Of a stretch of DNA of 38,201 bases, positions 36,614 through 38,201 are shown in pieces. Made by a program: the position numbers and the translations under genes. The DNA lies in contig DNJG01000077.1 in assembly GCA_003489165.1 (NCBI GenBank), positions 1 through 38,201 of the forward strand, read 5' to 3'. Numbering within the stretch: position 1 is the first letter of the stretch; every line of letters begins with the position of its first letter. A model generated the notes under the pieces. The model was not told the DNA's origin. It was given only the letters and a program-made list of their open reading frames with translations, and did no database searches. The DNA is from Nitrospinota bacterium. Lineage in GTDB: Bacteria; Nitrospinota; Nitrospinia; UBA9942.

Positions 36614-37296
36614 ACAAAAAGATTTTAATAGTAGATGATGAAGAAGATATTCTGACCCTGCTTGAGTATAATCTTGAAAATGCGGGATTTAAGGTTATCT
36701 CTGCAGATGATGGCCCAGAGGCAGTAAAGCTGGCTAAGAAAGAAAAACCTGCCCTTATTATTTTGGACATAATGCTTCCAAGTATGGAAGGGACTGAAGT
36801 TTGTAAGGCTATAAAGAGGGATAACACCACAAATCATATACCTATAATCATGCTCACTGCAAAGGGGGAGGAAGTGGACAGAATAGTTGGCCTTGAACTG
36901 GGGGCAGATGATTATATTACAAAGCCATTTAGCCCACGGGAACTTGTATTGAGGGTTAAGGCTGTTTTGAAAAGGAGGCATGGCGGAGAGGAGAATGAAG
37001 GCACTATTACAGCAGGCAATATTAGGATAGATTTAGAGAGGTCAGTAGTAATATCTTATGGGAAACCTCTGAAACTAACGGCTACAGAATTTAAGCTTTT
37101 AGTAGAGCTTGTAAAGGCAAGAGGGAAGGTTTTATCAAGGGATGACCTTCTGGATAGGGTAAGGGGAACAGATTATTATGTAACTGATAGAACCATAGAT
37201 ACTCACATAAGAAGACTAAGGGAGAAGCTTGGAAAATCTGCAAAACATATAGAGACTGTTAGGGGTTTTGGTTACAAATTTCTGGAGGAGGAGTGA
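36610..37296 (+). CDS. phoB: Phosphate regulon response regulator (OmpR/PhoB family)
   Basis: 228 aa. Receiver domain (ILIVDDEEDI, LDIMLP, TAKG) and winged-helix output domain (LTATEFKLL..., VRGFGYKF). The start overlaps the uppP stop (ATGA). Confidence 0.88.
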   Translation: MNKKILIVDDEEDILTLLEYNLENAGFKVISADDGPEAVKLAKKEKPALIILDIMLPSMEGTEVCKAIKRDNTTNHIPIIMLTAKGEEVDRIVGLELGADDYITKPFSPRELVLRVKAVLKRRHGGEENEGTITAGNIRIDLERSVVISYGKPLKLTATEFKLLVELVKARGKVLSRDDLLDRVRGTDYYVTDRTIDTHIRRLREKLGKSAKHIETVRGFGYKFLEEE

Positions 37297-38201
37297 AAGG
37301 TAGGCTATTAGAGGCGGTTGTGAGGGAGATGAAGATGGGTGTCATAGTCCTTAATCCGGATAAAGAAATACTATATGCCAACCCTTTTATATATACGAGC
37401 TTTCCATTGGATGAGGGTATAGAGGGAAAGAAGATTTCCGATATTATAAACGATAAGGCACTTCTGAAAACCATTGATACTGTCTTTTCTTTGAAGGGTA
37501 ACAATCCTCACGAGATTACAATAGAGGGGAAAGGGAATCAGATTCTGGAAGTAAGGCTTGTCCCTTTTTCCATTGAATCGGATTCAAATGTGCTTATTGG
37601 TTTTTTTCAGGATGTGACTGAGGAAAAAAGGGTTGAGGCAATCAAGAGGGATTTTGTTGCAAATGTATCACATGAACTAAGGACACCACTTGCAAGCATA
37701 AAGGGTTATACCGAGACATTGTTAGGCGGGGCATTAGACGATAAAGGGATACTTAAGAAATTCTTAACAGTAATTGACCGCCATGCAAACAGGATGACAG
37801 CGATTATCGAAGACTTGTTAACCCTTTCCAAGCTGGAGTCACACCAGATGCCTATGAGTTTTGAGCCATTGGATATAAGAAACATTATCAGTGGTGTCAT
37901 TCAAGGTTTTGAAAAGCAGGTAAAGGATAAAGGGATAGAAATTATTATGGATGTTGGAGATACCACACCAAAGGTTATGGGAGATAAGGGAAGGATAGAG
38001 CAGGTAATTGTAAATCTAATTGATAATGCCATAAAATATACAAATAGCGGTACCGTAAAAGTTTGGGCAGGCAAGAGGGATAATATGCTGCAGGTTGATG
38101 TGGAAGATACAGGCATTGGGATTCCTGAGAAGGATATACCGAGGATATTTGAGAGGTTTTACAGAGTTGATAAGGGGAGGAGCAGGGAGTTGGGCGGCAC
38201 A
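37293..38201 (+). CDS. phoR: PhoR-like sensor histidine kinase, 3-prime truncated by the window end (PAS-HisKA-HATPase; no TM segment seen)
   Basis: Not in the supplied ORF track because no stop codon is reached. I translated it by hand in the frame of 37293: VKGRLLEAVVREMKMGVIVLNPDKEILYANPF..., H-box FVANVSHELRTPLASIKGY, N-box NLIDNAIKYT, G1 box VEDTGIGIP. The GTG at 37293 overlaps the phoB stop (GTGA); the ATG at 37329 is an alternative start. Confidence 0.85.
   Translation, partial: MKGRLLEAVVREMKMGVIVLNPDKEILYANPFIYTSFPLDEGIEGKKISDIINDKALLKTIDTVFSLKGNNPHEITIEGKGNQILEVRLVPFSIESDSNVLIGFFQDVTEEKRVEAIKRDFVANVSHELRTPLASIKGYTETLLGGALDDKGILKKFLTVIDRHANRMTAIIEDLLTLSKLESHQMPMSFEPLDIRNIISGVIQGFEKQVKDKGIEIIMDVGDTTPKVMGDKGRIEQVIVNLIDNAIKYTNSGTVKVWAGKRDNMLQVDVEDTGIGIPEKDIPRIFERFYRVDKGRSRELGGT

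Overview
AT-rich chromosomal segment from a diderm (Gram-negative-type) bacterium. It is almost fully coding, made of housekeeping operons, with no transposase, integrase, CRISPR array or rRNA. Minus strand, about 1.2-9.5 kb: lpxA, a Gfo/Idh/MocA oxidoreductase, lpxI, ribD, ribE, ribBA, ribH, nusB and two further genes. Plus strand: folE and a LMW-PTP, tRNA-Gly(CCC), a PHP phosphoesterase, a large TPR protein, two DUF507-like genes, tgt, anmK, then rho, rpmE, prfA, prmC, murA and a complete hisGDCBHAF-IE cluster. The last ~9 kb is one tightly coupled Pho unit: porin, pstSCAB, a ParE/RelE-type toxin-antitoxin pair, phoU, arsC, uppP, phoB and phoR (truncated at the window end). The most unusual signal is not a gene. 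Nearly every intra-operon spacer is built from short tandem arrays of degenerate 7-nt (sometimes 8-nt) units, usually followed by an array of the complementary unit, giving imperfect hairpins. The same kind of array also sits in frame inside essential genes (prmC, hisH, hisF, hisIE) and forms the C-terminal tails of PrfA, RibBA, RibE and HisA. Each locus uses its own unit, so the architecture and the 7-nt period are conserved rather than the sequence. This recalls cyanobacterial STRR heptamers and the in-frame Rickettsia palindromic elements, but the host encodes Rho and LpxI. Secondary observations: a canonical G-quadruplex motif in the hisB-hisH spacer, a 35-nt leader shared by two envelope genes, Pho-box-like 11-bp repeats, a structured rho leader, and a GnnA-like oxidoreductase in the lipid A cluster. 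All calls rest on motif recognition by eye; no searches were run.
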